Below are positions 1 through 10,428 of a stretch of 64,000 nucleotides of DNA, in pieces. The notes under the pieces were generated by a model. The model saw nothing but the letters and a program-made list of their open reading frames with translations. It ran no database searches and was not told where the DNA came from. The translations under genes were made by a program, and so were the position numbers. Each line of letters opens with the position of its first letter. The stretch's first letter is position 1. This DNA is from a virus, in the IMG/VR virus record IMGVR_UViG_3300046642_000296, positions 13,220 to 77,219 of that record; one strand, 5' to 3'.

Positions 1-2
1 CC

Positions 3-485
3 CTGATTGAGGGGATTAAGGCGAAGCTCTTTGAGCCTGAAACTCGCCGGCTGGCGAAAGCCATCGATCACCTGGTCGAACAGCACGACGAGATCAACCG
101 GGATCACACCATGGGCTTCATGTTCGGCGGTGAGGTCTACCGCCACAGCCGCAGCAACACCATCTACAAGAGCTGGCCCATGCTCGCCTGGGCACTGAAC
201 GAGGAGATGGAGAAATGGCTAAAGGACAGAAAGGCCGTCGAGCTCGACCGGGACCAGATCGGCCAGATGCTCTTCCGGCTGCAGTCAGCAGTGCTGACAT
301 CGGACACGGTGCAGGAAAAGCGGGATGCGCTGCCGGAGTGTCTGGTCTGTCTGGTTCCGCAGTTCCGGGGGCTGGAGCGCCGGTTCAACACGCGCTTTTT
401 CCTGCGCACGGAGCGGGACATCCGGCAGTACAGCAAGATCCTGCCGAAGATCGAGATGTATGCAATGGCAAGCCTGATTTACTGA
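3..485 (+). CDS. Conserved hypothetical protein (N4 gp38 position), 5' truncated by window
   Basis: Frame of ORF 111..485 is open back to base 3; lies directly before DNA polymerase. Confidence 0.7.
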   Translation: MIEGIKAKLFEPETRRLAKAIDHLVEQHDEINRDHTMGFMFGGEVYRHSRSNTIYKSWPMLAWALNEEMEKWLKDRKAVELDRDQIGQMLFRLQSAVLTSDTVQEKRDALPECLVCLVPQFRGLERRFNTRFFLRTERDIRQYSKILPKIEMYAMASLIY

Positions 486-493
486 GGAAGGAC

Positions 494-3160
494 ATGCGTT
501 ACCACTTTTACGCCGAGCAGCCGGAATACCCGCTCTGTCTGCTGGTCGGCCAGATTCGCAAGGACGACATCCGTCAGGCGTACTTCACCGAGTCGGGTGT
601 GGACGCCGATGACTGCATGGTGCTCGACCTGCATCTGACCGGCAAGAAGACGCCCGTGTCCGAGATCAAGCAGTACATCACGGAATGTCTGCAGCCTGTG
701 CTCGATGACTACAGGGTGCAGTATGTCCTGTGCACGGACAGCAGCTATTTCAAGGTGTTCACTGGTGTGGCCAAGGTCGATGCCAATCTCGGGTACGTGC
801 TGGACTCGAAGTTCGGAGACCAGAAGGTGATCTTCGCGCCGGGCTATCGTCAGATTTTCTACGACCCGGCCGGCATCAAGACGAAGATCGCACGGGCCAT
901 GGAAGCGATCGTGGCTCACGCCACGAATGCCTACAAGGATCCGGGTCACGGCATCATCAAGTTCGCGGAGTATCCGCAGACCGATGAAGCGATCGAGGCG
1001 TGGCTCACCAGGCTGCTGGAGATGGATTGCGCCCTGTCGATAGACATCGAGGCGTTCAGCCTCAAGCACTATGACGCCGGGATTGGCACGATCAGCTTCG
1101 CCTGGAACCAGGGGGAAGGGATTGCGTTCCCCGTCGACTATGTGCCGATCGAGGGCGCCACCGAAGCCCCGTACGGTGTGCAGGTGCGAAACGAGCGCCG
1201 GCGTGCGATGTTGCGGGAGTTCTTCATCCAGATGGCCAGGAAGAAGCTCTTTCACAACATCGCGTACGACGCCTATGCGCTGATCTACCAGCTGTTCATG
1301 GATCACATCTGCGACACGGAAGGCCTTCTCTGGGGGCTGGAAGTGATGCTGGGCGAAGGCGAGTGGGACTGCACGAAGCTGATCACCTATCTGGCGACCA
1401 ACTCGTGCGCCGGCAATGAACTGGGCCTGAAGATCCAGGCTCAGGAGTTCGCCGGCAACTACGCCCAGACCGACATCGAAGACATCTGCAAGATCCCGCT
1501 GCCGGTGCTGCTCAAGTACAACCTGGTTGACTCCCTGTCCACCTGGTATGTGCACGACAAGCACTACCAGACCATGGTGGCTGATCGGCAGTTAGGTGTC
1601 TATCAGACACTCTTCCAGCCGGCCACGCTCGACATTGTGCAAATGCAACTCACCGGTATGCCAGTGAGCATGGGACGGGTGCTGCAAGTCGAGGCAGCGC
1701 TGCAGGCTGTGTATGACGACGCCGTAGGTCGGATCAAGCAGACCCAGTGCATCCAGCGCTTCGAGTATCGTCTGAAGGAAAAGTACATCGAGAAGAAGCA
1801 TGCTGAGTGGAAGGTAAAGCGCATCACATTGGCTGACGTACCGGCCGATGTGGTGTTCAACCCGCGCAGCTATCCGCAGATGCAGGATCTGCTTTACGAC
1901 ATGCTGGGCCTGCCTGTCATTTCCTTCACGAAGACGAAGCAGCCTTCAGCCGATGGCGACACGCTGGAAATGTTGCGTAACCACACGCAGGACCAGGACA
2001 TTCTGGATCTGCTGAATGCGCTGATCGACCATGCGGCCGTTGACAAGATCCTGGGCACCTTCATCCCGGCGATGAAGAATGCACAGCTCGGTCCCGATGG
2101 CTGGCACTACCTGTTCGGCAACTACAACCTGGGCGGCACGGTCTCGGGCCGCCTGAGTTCGAACAACCCGAACATGCAGAACCTGCCGGCCAATGTGGCG
2201 ATGGTTATCTCGGCAGCGCTGCTGGCCATGTACCCCTTCCTGGCTCAGTTCACCAAGAAGGGCAAGCTGTCGCTCGGCAAGGTCATCAAGTACTGCTTCA
2301 TGGCGCCACCCGGCTGGCTTTTCACCGGGCTCGACTTTGCCTCGCTCGAGGACCGGATCTCGGCACTCACCACCAGGGATCCGAACAAGCTGAAGGTCTA
2401 CACCGACGGCTACGATGGTCACTGCCTGCGGTCCTACGCGTATTTCGGTGACCAGATGCCCGACATCGACGGCAACTCGGTGCCAAGCATCAACTCCATC
2501 GAGACGGCCTACAAGATGCTGCGGCAGGATTCGAAGGCGCCCACCTTTGCTCTGACCTATCAGGGCACCTGGAAGACGCTGATGACCAACTGCGGCTTCC
2601 CGGAAGAGAAGGCGAAGATGGTGGAGGCCAAGTACAAGGCGCTCTACCAGGTGTCGATCGACTGGGTGCAGGCCAAGCTCGACCAGGCCTCGAAGGATGG
2701 GTACGTTACCGCGGCGTTTGGTCTGCGCGTGCGCACTCCCCTTCTGGCTCAGGTCATCCGGGGCACGAGCAAGACGCCTCACGAAGCGGAAGCCGAAGGC
2801 CGCACGGCCGGCAATGCGCTCGGGCAGAGCTGGTGTCTGCTGAACTCCCGCGCCAACATGGAGTTCATGCAGGGTGTACGCAAGTCGAAGTTCCGCACCG
2901 CCATCCGGCCCTGCGCACAGATCCACGATGCCGGGTATTTCCTGATCCGGGACGACATTGATGCCCTGCTCTACACCAATGAACATCTGGTGAAGGCCGT
3001 TCAATGGCAGGACCACCCGGACATTGCCCACCCTGATGTCAAGCTGGGCGGCGAACTGTCCATCTTCTACCCCGACTGGTCCCAGGAAATCACCATCCCC
3101 AATGGTGCGTCTGAAGCCGAGCTCGTCGAGGTCATCGAGTCGGCCATGGAACCCGCGTAA
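494..3160 (+). CDS. DNA polymerase, family A, with 3'-5' exonuclease (N4 gp39-like)
   Basis: ExoI SIDIEAF, TVSGRLSS, motif A GLDFASLE, motif B RQDSKAPTFALTY, motif C QIHDA; ATG at 494 after GAGGAAGG. Confidence 0.97.
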   Translation: MRYHFYAEQPEYPLCLLVGQIRKDDIRQAYFTESGVDADDCMVLDLHLTGKKTPVSEIKQYITECLQPVLDDYRVQYVLCTDSSYFKVFTGVAKVDANLGYVLDSKFGDQKVIFAPGYRQIFYDPAGIKTKIARAMEAIVAHATNAYKDPGHGIIKFAEYPQTDEAIEAWLTRLLEMDCALSIDIEAFSLKHYDAGIGTISFAWNQGEGIAFPVDYVPIEGATEAPYGVQVRNERRRAMLREFFIQMARKKLFHNIAYDAYALIYQLFMDHICDTEGLLWGLEVMLGEGEWDCTKLITYLATNSCAGNELGLKIQAQEFAGNYAQTDIEDICKIPLPVLLKYNLVDSLSTWYVHDKHYQTMVADRQLGVYQTLFQPATLDIVQMQLTGMPVSMGRVLQVEAALQAVYDDAVGRIKQTQCIQRFEYRLKEKYIEKKHAEWKVKRITLADVPADVVFNPRSYPQMQDLLYDMLGLPVISFTKTKQPSADGDTLEMLRNHTQDQDILDLLNALIDHAAVDKILGTFIPAMKNAQLGPDGWHYLFGNYNLGGTVSGRLSSNNPNMQNLPANVAMVISAALLAMYPFLAQFTKKGKLSLGKVIKYCFMAPPGWLFTGLDFASLEDRISALTTRDPNKLKVYTDGYDGHCLRSYAYFGDQMPDIDGNSVPSINSIETAYKMLRQDSKAPTFALTYQGTWKTLMTNCGFPEEKAKMVEAKYKALYQVSIDWVQAKLDQASKDGYVTAAFGLRVRTPLLAQVIRGTSKTPHEAEAEGRTAGNALGQSWCLLNSRANMEFMQGVRKSKFRTAIRPCAQIHDAGYFLIRDDIDALLYTNEHLVKAVQWQDHPDIAHPDVKLGGELSIFYPDWSQEITIPNGASEAELVEVIESAMEPA

Positions 3161-3304
3161 TAGAATTGTCTTTGGGTGTCTGGCTCGCTGAAAAGCCCGC
3201 TAGACACCGCCAGATTCCTGAAGTAACATCCGTTTTTAGAAATAAGTTTGAGGGGAGACGAACAGAATCCGGCTCCCTTTCCTATCTCTACCGGGACATT
3301 CCCA

Positions 3305-3748
3305 ATGAAAAAGCCTACTTCCACGACGCCGCCCGCCAATGCTGCCGGCCGCAAGTTCTATTTCATGGTCGCCGCTGAAGTCGTCTTCCAGCTGCCGGCC
3401 GGTGAAAACGAAGTCGCCCTGCACACCGCCAAGGTGAACGGCGTCATCACCCACACCAAGGACCAGATCCCGTCGAACCTGCTCGGCCAGGCGCAGAAGG
3501 TTGCCCAGATGCAGCTCTTCAAGAAGATGGGCGACGACTCCGTGACGGCGAACGTGCTCGACGTGGTGATCCTGAACGTCATGCAACTCGGCTACATGAC
3601 CGAGGAAGAATTCCAGGCCGTGCCGGAAGGCGTGAAGCAGCAGGAAGTGGCCAAGACCGTGCTGAGCGTGGTCAAGGGCGGCAAGCCGGCTAATGACGGT
3701 GACGTACTTGATCCGGCTGCTCTCGCTGCACAGGGCACGCTGCAATGA
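3305..3748 (+). CDS. Hypothetical protein (N4 gp40 position)
   Basis: ORF with phage-like codon usage; overlaps next gene via ATGA. Confidence 0.75.
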   Translation: MKKPTSTTPPANAAGRKFYFMVAAEVVFQLPAGENEVALHTAKVNGVITHTKDQIPSNLLGQAQKVAQMQLFKKMGDDSVTANVLDVVILNVMQLGYMTEEEFQAVPEGVKQQEVAKTVLSVVKGGKPANDGDVLDPAALAAQGTLQ

Positions 3749-4113
3749 GCCAGGAGAAGGAAAACTCGGGCCTGCAGGTGAACTACTACCTCGCGTATGT
3801 GTTCCATCCGCAGCGTGAAGAGCAGCTGCCCTACCAGGCAGAGTGCGAAGACCTGATCGACGCTCTGGGCCTGACCTTCGACGAAGCCAACATGTTCAAG
3901 GAGATCTGGCGCACCGCGAACGAGCGCACCCACGGCAAAGGTAAGGTGGGTAACACCCCCCTACGTGCCGCCCAGAAGCTGGTGCACTACTCGGGCCGGA
4001 TCCTGAGAAAGGCGACGCGGGAGACGTTCACTGTACCGACAGTGACGCTGAACGACCTGCCCATGCCCAACACGGCTGTGATGGGTGGTCTAACCGCCAG
4101 CAAATTGTCCTGA
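3745..4113 (+). CDS. Hypothetical protein (N4 gp41 position)
   Basis: Coupled ORF with ECEDLIDALGLTFDEANMFKEIWR motif; synteny. Confidence 0.7.
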   Translation: MSQEKENSGLQVNYYLAYVFHPQREEQLPYQAECEDLIDALGLTFDEANMFKEIWRTANERTHGKGKVGNTPLRAAQKLVHYSGRILRKATRETFTVPTVTLNDLPMPNTAVMGGLTASKLS

Positions 4114-4179
4114 TCGCCGAGGGCTGCTGATCCTTTCCCTGGTTCCAGCAACCCTCAACTCTCCCTGGCACTCCTCACC

Positions 4180-5154
4180 ATGAAAATCACGAACAACAGC
4201 GATATCTCGCTGGCACTGGCCGTCTGGCTGCTGCACGACGAGTACGACTACCAGAACGACGAGAACTACATCAGCGCCACCCGCCTGATGCGGCCGATCC
4301 GTCATCTGGTGCTGCCCCACCGCATTCCACCGGCCAAACGTCCGGCACCCGATGTCGAGGAATACATCGCATCAGCGCTCGGCAAGTCCCTGCATGACTC
4401 CATCGAAAAGGCATGGGTCAAGGGCGCAGACCGCTCGCTCAAGCTGCTCGGCTATCCGGAGGATGTGATCCAGCATGTGCGCATCAATCCGGAAACGGTC
4501 GATGCCGGCACGATCCCGATCTACCTGGAGCGGCGAGCCAAGCGGGAGATCAAGGTCACCGGGCGCGTCTACGTGGTCGGCGGCAAGTTCGACATGGTGA
4601 TGGAAGGCATCGTGATGGACAACAAGTCCACCACCGTGTGGACCTGGGTCTATGGCGGCAAGGACGATGACTACCGCCTGCAGGGTTCGATCTACAAGTG
4701 GCTGAACCCGGACAAGATCACCGAGGACTTCATCCGCATCAACTTCATCTTCACGGACTGGAGTGCGGCTGATGCCCGGAACAACCCGAAGTATCCGCAA
4801 AAGCGTGTCGCTCACAAGGACATTCCGCTGCTGTCGGTCGAGGAGACCGAGGCATGGATCCGCTGGAAGCTGGAGCAGGTGCAGAAGTATATGGACGCAC
4901 CGGAAAGCCAGATCCCGGAGTGCACTGACGAAGAACTGTGGCGCTCGGCCCCGAAGTACAAGTATTACAGCGACCCGACCAAAACGGCCGGCAAGTCCAC
5001 CAAGAATTTCGACACCCTGGCCGAAGCCAATGCGTTCCGTGCCGAGAAGGCCAAGGGCATCGTGATCACCGTGCCGGGCGAAGTGAAGCGCTGCAGCTAC
5101 TGCGAAGGCTTCGAAGCCTGCACCCAGAAGAACAGGTATCTCAGTCATGATTGA
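4180..5154 (+). CDS. PD-(D/E)XK (Cas4-like) exonuclease, N4 gp42-like
   Basis: GKFD...MDNKST...QGSIYKWL and C-terminal RCSYCEGFEAC; immediately before primase. Confidence 0.85.
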   Translation: MKITNNSDISLALAVWLLHDEYDYQNDENYISATRLMRPIRHLVLPHRIPPAKRPAPDVEEYIASALGKSLHDSIEKAWVKGADRSLKLLGYPEDVIQHVRINPETVDAGTIPIYLERRAKREIKVTGRVYVVGGKFDMVMEGIVMDNKSTTVWTWVYGGKDDDYRLQGSIYKWLNPDKITEDFIRINFIFTDWSAADARNNPKYPQKRVAHKDIPLLSVEETEAWIRWKLEQVQKYMDAPESQIPECTDEELWRSAPKYKYYSDPTKTAGKSTKNFDTLAEANAFRAEKAKGIVITVPGEVKRCSYCEGFEACTQKNRYLSHD

Positions 5155-7318
5155 CCTCACCGGAGTCACACACCATCCGGTACTGGAAGAGATCGTGGAC
5201 GTGCTCACTGCCAAGACGCAGAACACGGACCGCGGTTTCTTCCGTGCCGAAGTCGCCTACTTCCTCGGGAAGATGGCAAGCAACATGCGGGCGCTGATCG
5301 TCACGAAGGACCGCGGCGAAATTCCGGTGAATATCTATTCGCTGGCGCTCGCCACGTCCGGGTTCGGCAAGGGCCACTCGGTGCACGTGGTGGAAAACGA
5401 ATTCATGCAGGGCTTCAAGAAGCGCTTCATGGAAGACACCCTGCCCGTGATGGCCGAGAAGAACCTGAACGAGATGGCCAACCATCGTGCCGGCAAGAAC
5501 GGCACCGATCCGGCCGAAGAGCTCGAAGGCCTCATGGGCGAATTCAAGCGTGCCGGCGCCTTCCCGTTCACCTTCGACAGCGGCACGGCGCCGGCCGTCA
5601 AGCAGCTGCGTCAGAAACTGCTGCTGGCCAAGTGCGGCTCGATCAACCTGCAGATCGACGAGATCGGCTCGAACCTGATCAGCGCCGTGGAAGTGCTCAC
5701 GCTGTTCCTGGAGCTTTACGACCAGGGCATCGTCAAGCAGAAGCTCACGAAGAACACCGCCGAGAACCAGCGGGGCGAAGAGGTGGACGGCAAGACGCCC
5801 ACCAACATGCTGCTGTTCGGCACGCCGTCGAAGCTGCTCGATGGCGGGCTCACCGAGGACCAGTTCTACTCGTTCCTCGAAACGGGCTATGCACGCCGCT
5901 GCTTCTTTGGCTGGGGCCAGCAGGACCGCAAGGCATCCCATTCGCAAAGCGCGGAAGAGATCTTCGCCCGTCTGGTCCAGCCGACGAACAATGCCACGAT
6001 CCAGAAATGGGCGGCGCATTTTCACAAGCTGGCCGATCCGGCCATGTTCGGCTGGAAGATGACGGTCGAGGACGACGTGGCCATTGCGCTGCTCAAGTAC
6101 AAGATCGCCTGCGAACAGACGGCCGACGCCATGGCCGAGCACGAGGAGATCAAGAAGGCCGAGCTCGGGCACCGCTACTTCAAGGCACTGAAGCTGGCCG
6201 GCGCCTATGCGTTCATCGACGAGAGCAATGAAGTCGAGATGGAGCACCTGATGCAGGCGATCCTGCTCACCGAAGAGTCGGGTGCTGCGTTCCAGACGAT
6301 CCTCAACCGTGAGAAGGCTTACGTGAAGCTGGCGAAGTACATCGCCACCTGCGGCACGGAAGTCACCCACGCGGATCTGCTCGAGGCGCTCCCCTTCTAC
6401 AAGTCGGGCAATGCCGCACGCAACGAGATGATGAGCCTGGCAACCGCCTGGGGCTACAAGAAGCACATCATCATCAAGAAGTTCTTCGTCGACGGGATTG
6501 AATTCTTCAAAGGTGAGACTTTGCAGGAGACCGATCTCAACGAGCTGATCCTCTCGTACGGCGAGCACTGGGCCTACAACTACCTGGGCGAGAAGGTGCC
6601 GTTCGACCAGCTCAGTCAGCTGACCCAGGCCGCCCAGGCCGACGGCCAGCCGATGCACTGGTGCAACCACTTCCTGAAGAACGGCCACCGGGCGGAAGAG
6701 AACGTGCAGGCAGGCTTTAACGTGATCGTCATCGACGTGGACGAAGGCGTCTCGCTCGATGTCTGCCACGAGCTCATGCGCGAATACAAGTTCCTGACCT
6801 ACACGACCAAGCGTCACCAGGTCGATGGGAACGGGGACCGCTTCCGCCTGATCCTGCCGATCAACTACGTGCTCGAACTGGATTCCGACGAATTCAAGGA
6901 GTTCATGAACAACGTCATGGAGTGGCTGCCGTTCAAGACTGACGAATCGGCTAACCAGCGCAGCAAGAAGTGGGAAACCTTCGCTGGCGGCCAGTTCCAC
7001 TACAACCACGACGGCGAGATCCTGGATGCGCTGCGCTTCATCCCGAAGACATCCAAGAACGAGCAGTACCGGGCCGAGCTGAAGAAGGTCGAGTCGATGG
7101 ATAACCTGGAACGCTGGTTCGCCCAACGCATTGCGTCAGGCAACCGCAACAACCAGATGATCAAGTTCGCGCTCGCTCTGGTGGACACCGGCATGGATCT
7201 GCTGGCAGTCAGCAAGCTGGTGCATGCGTTCAACGGCAAGCTGAACAATCCCCTCTCCGAGGACGAGATCAACAGCACGATCCTAGTCACCGTCGCCAAG
7301 AAGATCCAGCGTAACTGA
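5147..7318 (+). CDS. DNA primase (N4 gp43/Dns-like)
   Basis: ATSGFGKG P-loop, VIDVD primase motif, C-terminal GNRNNQM PriCT-like segment; synteny. Confidence 0.88.
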   Translation: MIDLTGVTHHPVLEEIVDVLTAKTQNTDRGFFRAEVAYFLGKMASNMRALIVTKDRGEIPVNIYSLALATSGFGKGHSVHVVENEFMQGFKKRFMEDTLPVMAEKNLNEMANHRAGKNGTDPAEELEGLMGEFKRAGAFPFTFDSGTAPAVKQLRQKLLLAKCGSINLQIDEIGSNLISAVEVLTLFLELYDQGIVKQKLTKNTAENQRGEEVDGKTPTNMLLFGTPSKLLDGGLTEDQFYSFLETGYARRCFFGWGQQDRKASHSQSAEEIFARLVQPTNNATIQKWAAHFHKLADPAMFGWKMTVEDDVAIALLKYKIACEQTADAMAEHEEIKKAELGHRYFKALKLAGAYAFIDESNEVEMEHLMQAILLTEESGAAFQTILNREKAYVKLAKYIATCGTEVTHADLLEALPFYKSGNAARNEMMSLATAWGYKKHIIIKKFFVDGIEFFKGETLQETDLNELILSYGEHWAYNYLGEKVPFDQLSQLTQAAQADGQPMHWCNHFLKNGHRAEENVQAGFNVIVIDVDEGVSLDVCHELMREYKFLTYTTKRHQVDGNGDRFRLILPINYVLELDSDEFKEFMNNVMEWLPFKTDESANQRSKKWETFAGGQFHYNHDGEILDALRFIPKTSKNEQYRAELKKVESMDNLERWFAQRIASGNRNNQMIKFALALVDTGMDLLAVSKLVHAFNGKLNNPLSEDEINSTILVTVAKKIQRN

Positions 7319-7326
7319 GGACAACC

Positions 7327-7617
7327 ATGAAAGATCTGAGTTTCGGCGGCGCAGTCGAGTGCCTGAAGTTGGGTAAAGCCGTGGCCCGTGAGGGATGGAA
7401 TGGTAAAGGCATGTTCATCTATTTGGTTCCCGGCAATGCCTATCCAGCACAAACAGGTGTCGCCAAACAGTTTTGGGGTGATACCTCGATGGTCCCCTAC
7501 TCACCCTATATCGCTATGAAAGCGGTGGACGGCATGGTGGATACCTGGTCCCCCTCAGTGCGTGATGTGTTGGCGGAAGACTGGGAAGTCATCGAGATCG
7601 CACCGTATAGCAACTGA
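7327..7617 (+). CDS. DUF2829 family protein (Tad2-like anti-defence sponge)
   Basis: SFGGAVECLKLGKAVAREGWNGKGMFIYL...WSPSVRDVLAEDW signature. Confidence 0.85.
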   Translation: MKDLSFGGAVECLKLGKAVAREGWNGKGMFIYLVPGNAYPAQTGVAKQFWGDTSMVPYSPYIAMKAVDGMVDTWSPSVRDVLAEDWEVIEIAPYSN

Positions 7618-7670
7618 TTCTTTCCTTGGCTCAAGCCACGCTGAGCTAGGGGAGCAATAAGGAGAACTAC

Positions 7671-8438
7671 ATGAGTGAAGTACAGGAAGAAGCTGAAGTC
7701 AACCTCGATGGGATCAACGACCAGTTGATTCTCGTGTCTGGCTTCTCCGGGGAAGGCAAGAGCGCATCGCTGCGCAACATCCGGAACCAGGAAAACTGGA
7801 TGTATCTGAACTGCGAAGCCGGCAAGCGTCTGCCCTTTCGCAACCAGTTCCAGAGTTACCGGATCAACGACCCGTATCAGGTGCATGAGGCATTCGATGC
7901 GGCCACCCATGGCGACGTGGAGAACGTCGAGGGAATCATCATCGACTCGTCCACGTTCCTGATGGACATGTTCGAGACGCAGTACGTGCTCGGCGCGCAC
8001 GACACGATGAAGGGCTGGAGCCAGTACGCCCAGTTCTTCAAGACGCTGATGCAGCAGAAGGTGACCACGTTTGGCAAGCCTGTCGTCGTGATCGCTCACC
8101 TGCTCGACGTGCTCGATGAAAAGAACATGGAAATGAAGACCAGTGTACCCGTGAAGGGGGCACTGAAGAACAACGGCATCGAGGCGTACTTCTCGACTGT
8201 CGTCGCTGCCAAGAAGGTTCCGATCAAGGAACTGGAGAAATTCGGCAGCAAGCTGCTGGTGATCACTGATGAGGAACGCGAGCTCGGCTTCAAGCACGTG
8301 TTCCAGACCCGCATCACCAAGCAGTCCACCGGCTACCGCATCCGTAGCCCGATGGGCATGTTTGACAAGGCAGAGACGTACATCGACAACGACTGCCAGA
8401 AGCTGCTGGACCACCTCAACGAGTTCTACGGAAACTGA
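7671..8438 (+). CDS. AAA (Sak4-like) ATPase, N4 gp44-like
   Basis: Walker A GFSGEGKS, Walker B IIIDS; upstream of SSB. Confidence 0.85.
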   Translation: MSEVQEEAEVNLDGINDQLILVSGFSGEGKSASLRNIRNQENWMYLNCEAGKRLPFRNQFQSYRINDPYQVHEAFDAATHGDVENVEGIIIDSSTFLMDMFETQYVLGAHDTMKGWSQYAQFFKTLMQQKVTTFGKPVVVIAHLLDVLDEKNMEMKTSVPVKGALKNNGIEAYFSTVVAAKKVPIKELEKFGSKLLVITDEERELGFKHVFQTRITKQSTGYRIRSPMGMFDKAETYIDNDCQKLLDHLNEFYGN

Positions 8439-8505
8439 TCGGCCAACCCCCGTTAAGCAAAACATAGACCTCGACAACATTACCTCGAACTGAAAGAGAA
8501 CTCTC

Positions 8506-9282
8506 ATGAGCGCATTGTTTGGAAACCTCACCTCGAATGGCCTGGAAGAATCGCAGGACCGCCTGGGCGGCAACTTCGGCCCGGTCGAATCGGACATCTA
8601 CAAGGCTGTGATCAAGGCCGCCTACGCCGGCCAGGCAGCGAGCGGCGCACGCTCGGTGTCGTTCATCTTCGACCTGAACGGCCGCGAGTTCCGCCCGACG
8701 ATCTACATCACCAACAAGAAGGGCGAAAACTTCTTCATCAACAAGCAGGACGCAACGAAGAAGGTACCGCTGCCGGGCTTCACGACCGTCGACGATATCT
8801 GCCTGGTCGCCACCGGCAAGCCGCTCGCCGAGCAGGATGCCGAGGACAAGGTGATCAAGCTGTACGACGCTGAAGCCGGCAAGGAACTGCCGAAGTCGGT
8901 CCCGATGCTCGTCGAGCTGCTGGAAAAGGAAGTGTCGCTCGCTATCCTGAAGCTGCTCGTGAACAAGAACGTGAAGAACGACGCCACCGGCGACTACGAG
9001 CCGACGGCCGAAACGCGCGAGGAAAACAACATCGAGAAGGTGTTCGACACCGAGTCGCAGATGACCGTCAACGAAGCACGCCAGGGCGCCGAGAAGGCAG
9101 CGTTCTGGGACGGCTGGCTCGAGCGCAACAAGGGCAAGACGAAGGACAAGCGCACGCTGAAGGACGGCGAAACCGGTGCCGTGGGCGCGCCGCCGAAAGC
9201 CCGTGCAGCTGCCAACGGTGCACCGGCGCCAACCGCAGGTGCCGCTCCGAAGAAGTCGCTCTTCGGCAAGAAGGCTGCCTGA
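8506..9282 (+). CDS. ssb: Single-stranded DNA-binding protein (N4 gp45-like)
   Basis: N4SSB-like sequence with C-terminal KKSLFG tail; synteny. Confidence 0.85.
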   Translation: MSALFGNLTSNGLEESQDRLGGNFGPVESDIYKAVIKAAYAGQAASGARSVSFIFDLNGREFRPTIYITNKKGENFFINKQDATKKVPLPGFTTVDDICLVATGKPLAEQDAEDKVIKLYDAEAGKELPKSVPMLVELLEKEVSLAILKLLVNKNVKNDATGDYEPTAETREENNIEKVFDTESQMTVNEARQGAEKAAFWDGWLERNKGKTKDKRTLKDGETGAVGAPPKARAAANGAPAPTAGAAPKKSLFGKKAA

Positions 9283-9314
9283 GCCAGCGAAAGCAAACGG
9301 AAAGGTAACCGATC

Positions 9315-9893
9315 TTGCGCATCCCCGTCGCCGGCATGGATCCCTCAATGAGAAACTGGGGGACCGCTGAAGCCATTCTCGACCTGGATACTGGCGTCCT
9401 GACGACCCCTGTGCTGTCCCTGTGCTCGCCGCAGGACATCAAGGGCAAGCAGGTACGCCAGAACTCCAACGATCTGCATCTCGCCCGTGTGCTTTACGAG
9501 CATGCCCTGTGCGTCGCACGACGCAGCAAGGTCATCTTCGTGGAGTGTCCGGTAGGCTCCCAGTCCGCTTCTGGCATGAAAGCCTACGGAATTTGCGTCG
9601 GTATACTGGGTGCACTAAGGGCCGAAGGCCATGAGATCGTCGAGGTCACCGCATTCGAGGTGAAGGAATCTTTCACCGGCCTGAAGAATGCGTCAAAAGC
9701 TCAGATGATCGCACAGGGTGTGGCGGATTATCCGGATGCTAACTGGCCACGTCAGGAACGCAATGGAGCCAGGCACAGGAAAGGTGACCTGAAGAACGAG
9801 GCTGAGCACGTCGCCGATGCGCTTGCCGCCATACACGCCGGGGTGAGAACCCCGATGTTCCTAAATCTGATGCGACTCTTCGCAACTCTGTAG
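9315..9893 (+). CDS. RuvC-like Holliday junction resolvase (N4 gp46-like)
   Basis: GMDPSMRNWG, FVECP, EHVADALAA acidic motifs; TTG start. Confidence 0.85.
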   Translation: MRIPVAGMDPSMRNWGTAEAILDLDTGVLTTPVLSLCSPQDIKGKQVRQNSNDLHLARVLYEHALCVARRSKVIFVECPVGSQSASGMKAYGICVGILGALRAEGHEIVEVTAFEVKESFTGLKNASKAQMIAQGVADYPDANWPRQERNGARHRKGDLKNEAEHVADALAAIHAGVRTPMFLNLMRLFATL

Positions 9894-9902
9894 AGACACA
9901 AC

Positions 9903-10427
9903 ATGCAAATCATTATCGTCCAGTCTGAAATCGAACACGCCATCCGCAACTACATCAACAGCCAGTTGAATGTGAAGGACGGCATGCGTATCGACATCGA
10001 CCTGTCAGCCACCCGTGGTGCTGACGGTTTCAAGGCCACGATCGACATCGTGCCGAACGAAGCGCCGAGCGCACCGAAGGCCGCGCAGGCGCCCGAACCC
10101 ACCCCGACGCCTGCTCCGGCATCGGCCAAGACCGAAACGAAGGCTGAAGCCGCGGTGACCGCCTCGCGTGCATCGGTGCAGGTGGATCCCCCGAAGTTCA
10201 CGCCGGAAGCCGAAGTCCCGATTGCCGGCGAGCAGGCGGCAGCATCGACCGCTGGTGCAGCTGCGGAAGCTGGTGCTGCGCCGAGTGCTTCGGCTGAACC
10301 GTCGTTGACGGAAGCCATGCCCTACAAGCCGGCTGAAGGTTCGCAGGTCGCTGCCGAGAATGCAGCAGCCCCGGCTGCACCGGCACGCAGCCTGTTTGCT
10401 GGTCTGAAGAAGCCGGTGAACGCGTAA
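9903..10427 (+). CDS. Conserved hypothetical protein with Ala/Pro-rich tail
   Basis: Structured N-terminus, low-complexity C-terminus ending RSLFAGLKKP. Confidence 0.75.
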   Translation: MQIIIVQSEIEHAIRNYINSQLNVKDGMRIDIDLSATRGADGFKATIDIVPNEAPSAPKAAQAPEPTPTPAPASAKTETKAEAAVTASRASVQVDPPKFTPEAEVPIAGEQAAASTAGAAAEAGAAPSASAEPSLTEAMPYKPAEGSQVAAENAAAPAAPARSLFAGLKKPVNA

Positions 10428-10428
10428 C

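Noticed and set aside
215-493. N-terminal extension of DNA polymerase in the ORF track
   Set aside because: Overlaps the upstream gene. The ATG at 494 has a good RBS.
4180-5154. Cas4-like nuclease as a CRISPR component
   Set aside because: It is a core N4-like gene in its usual position before the primase.
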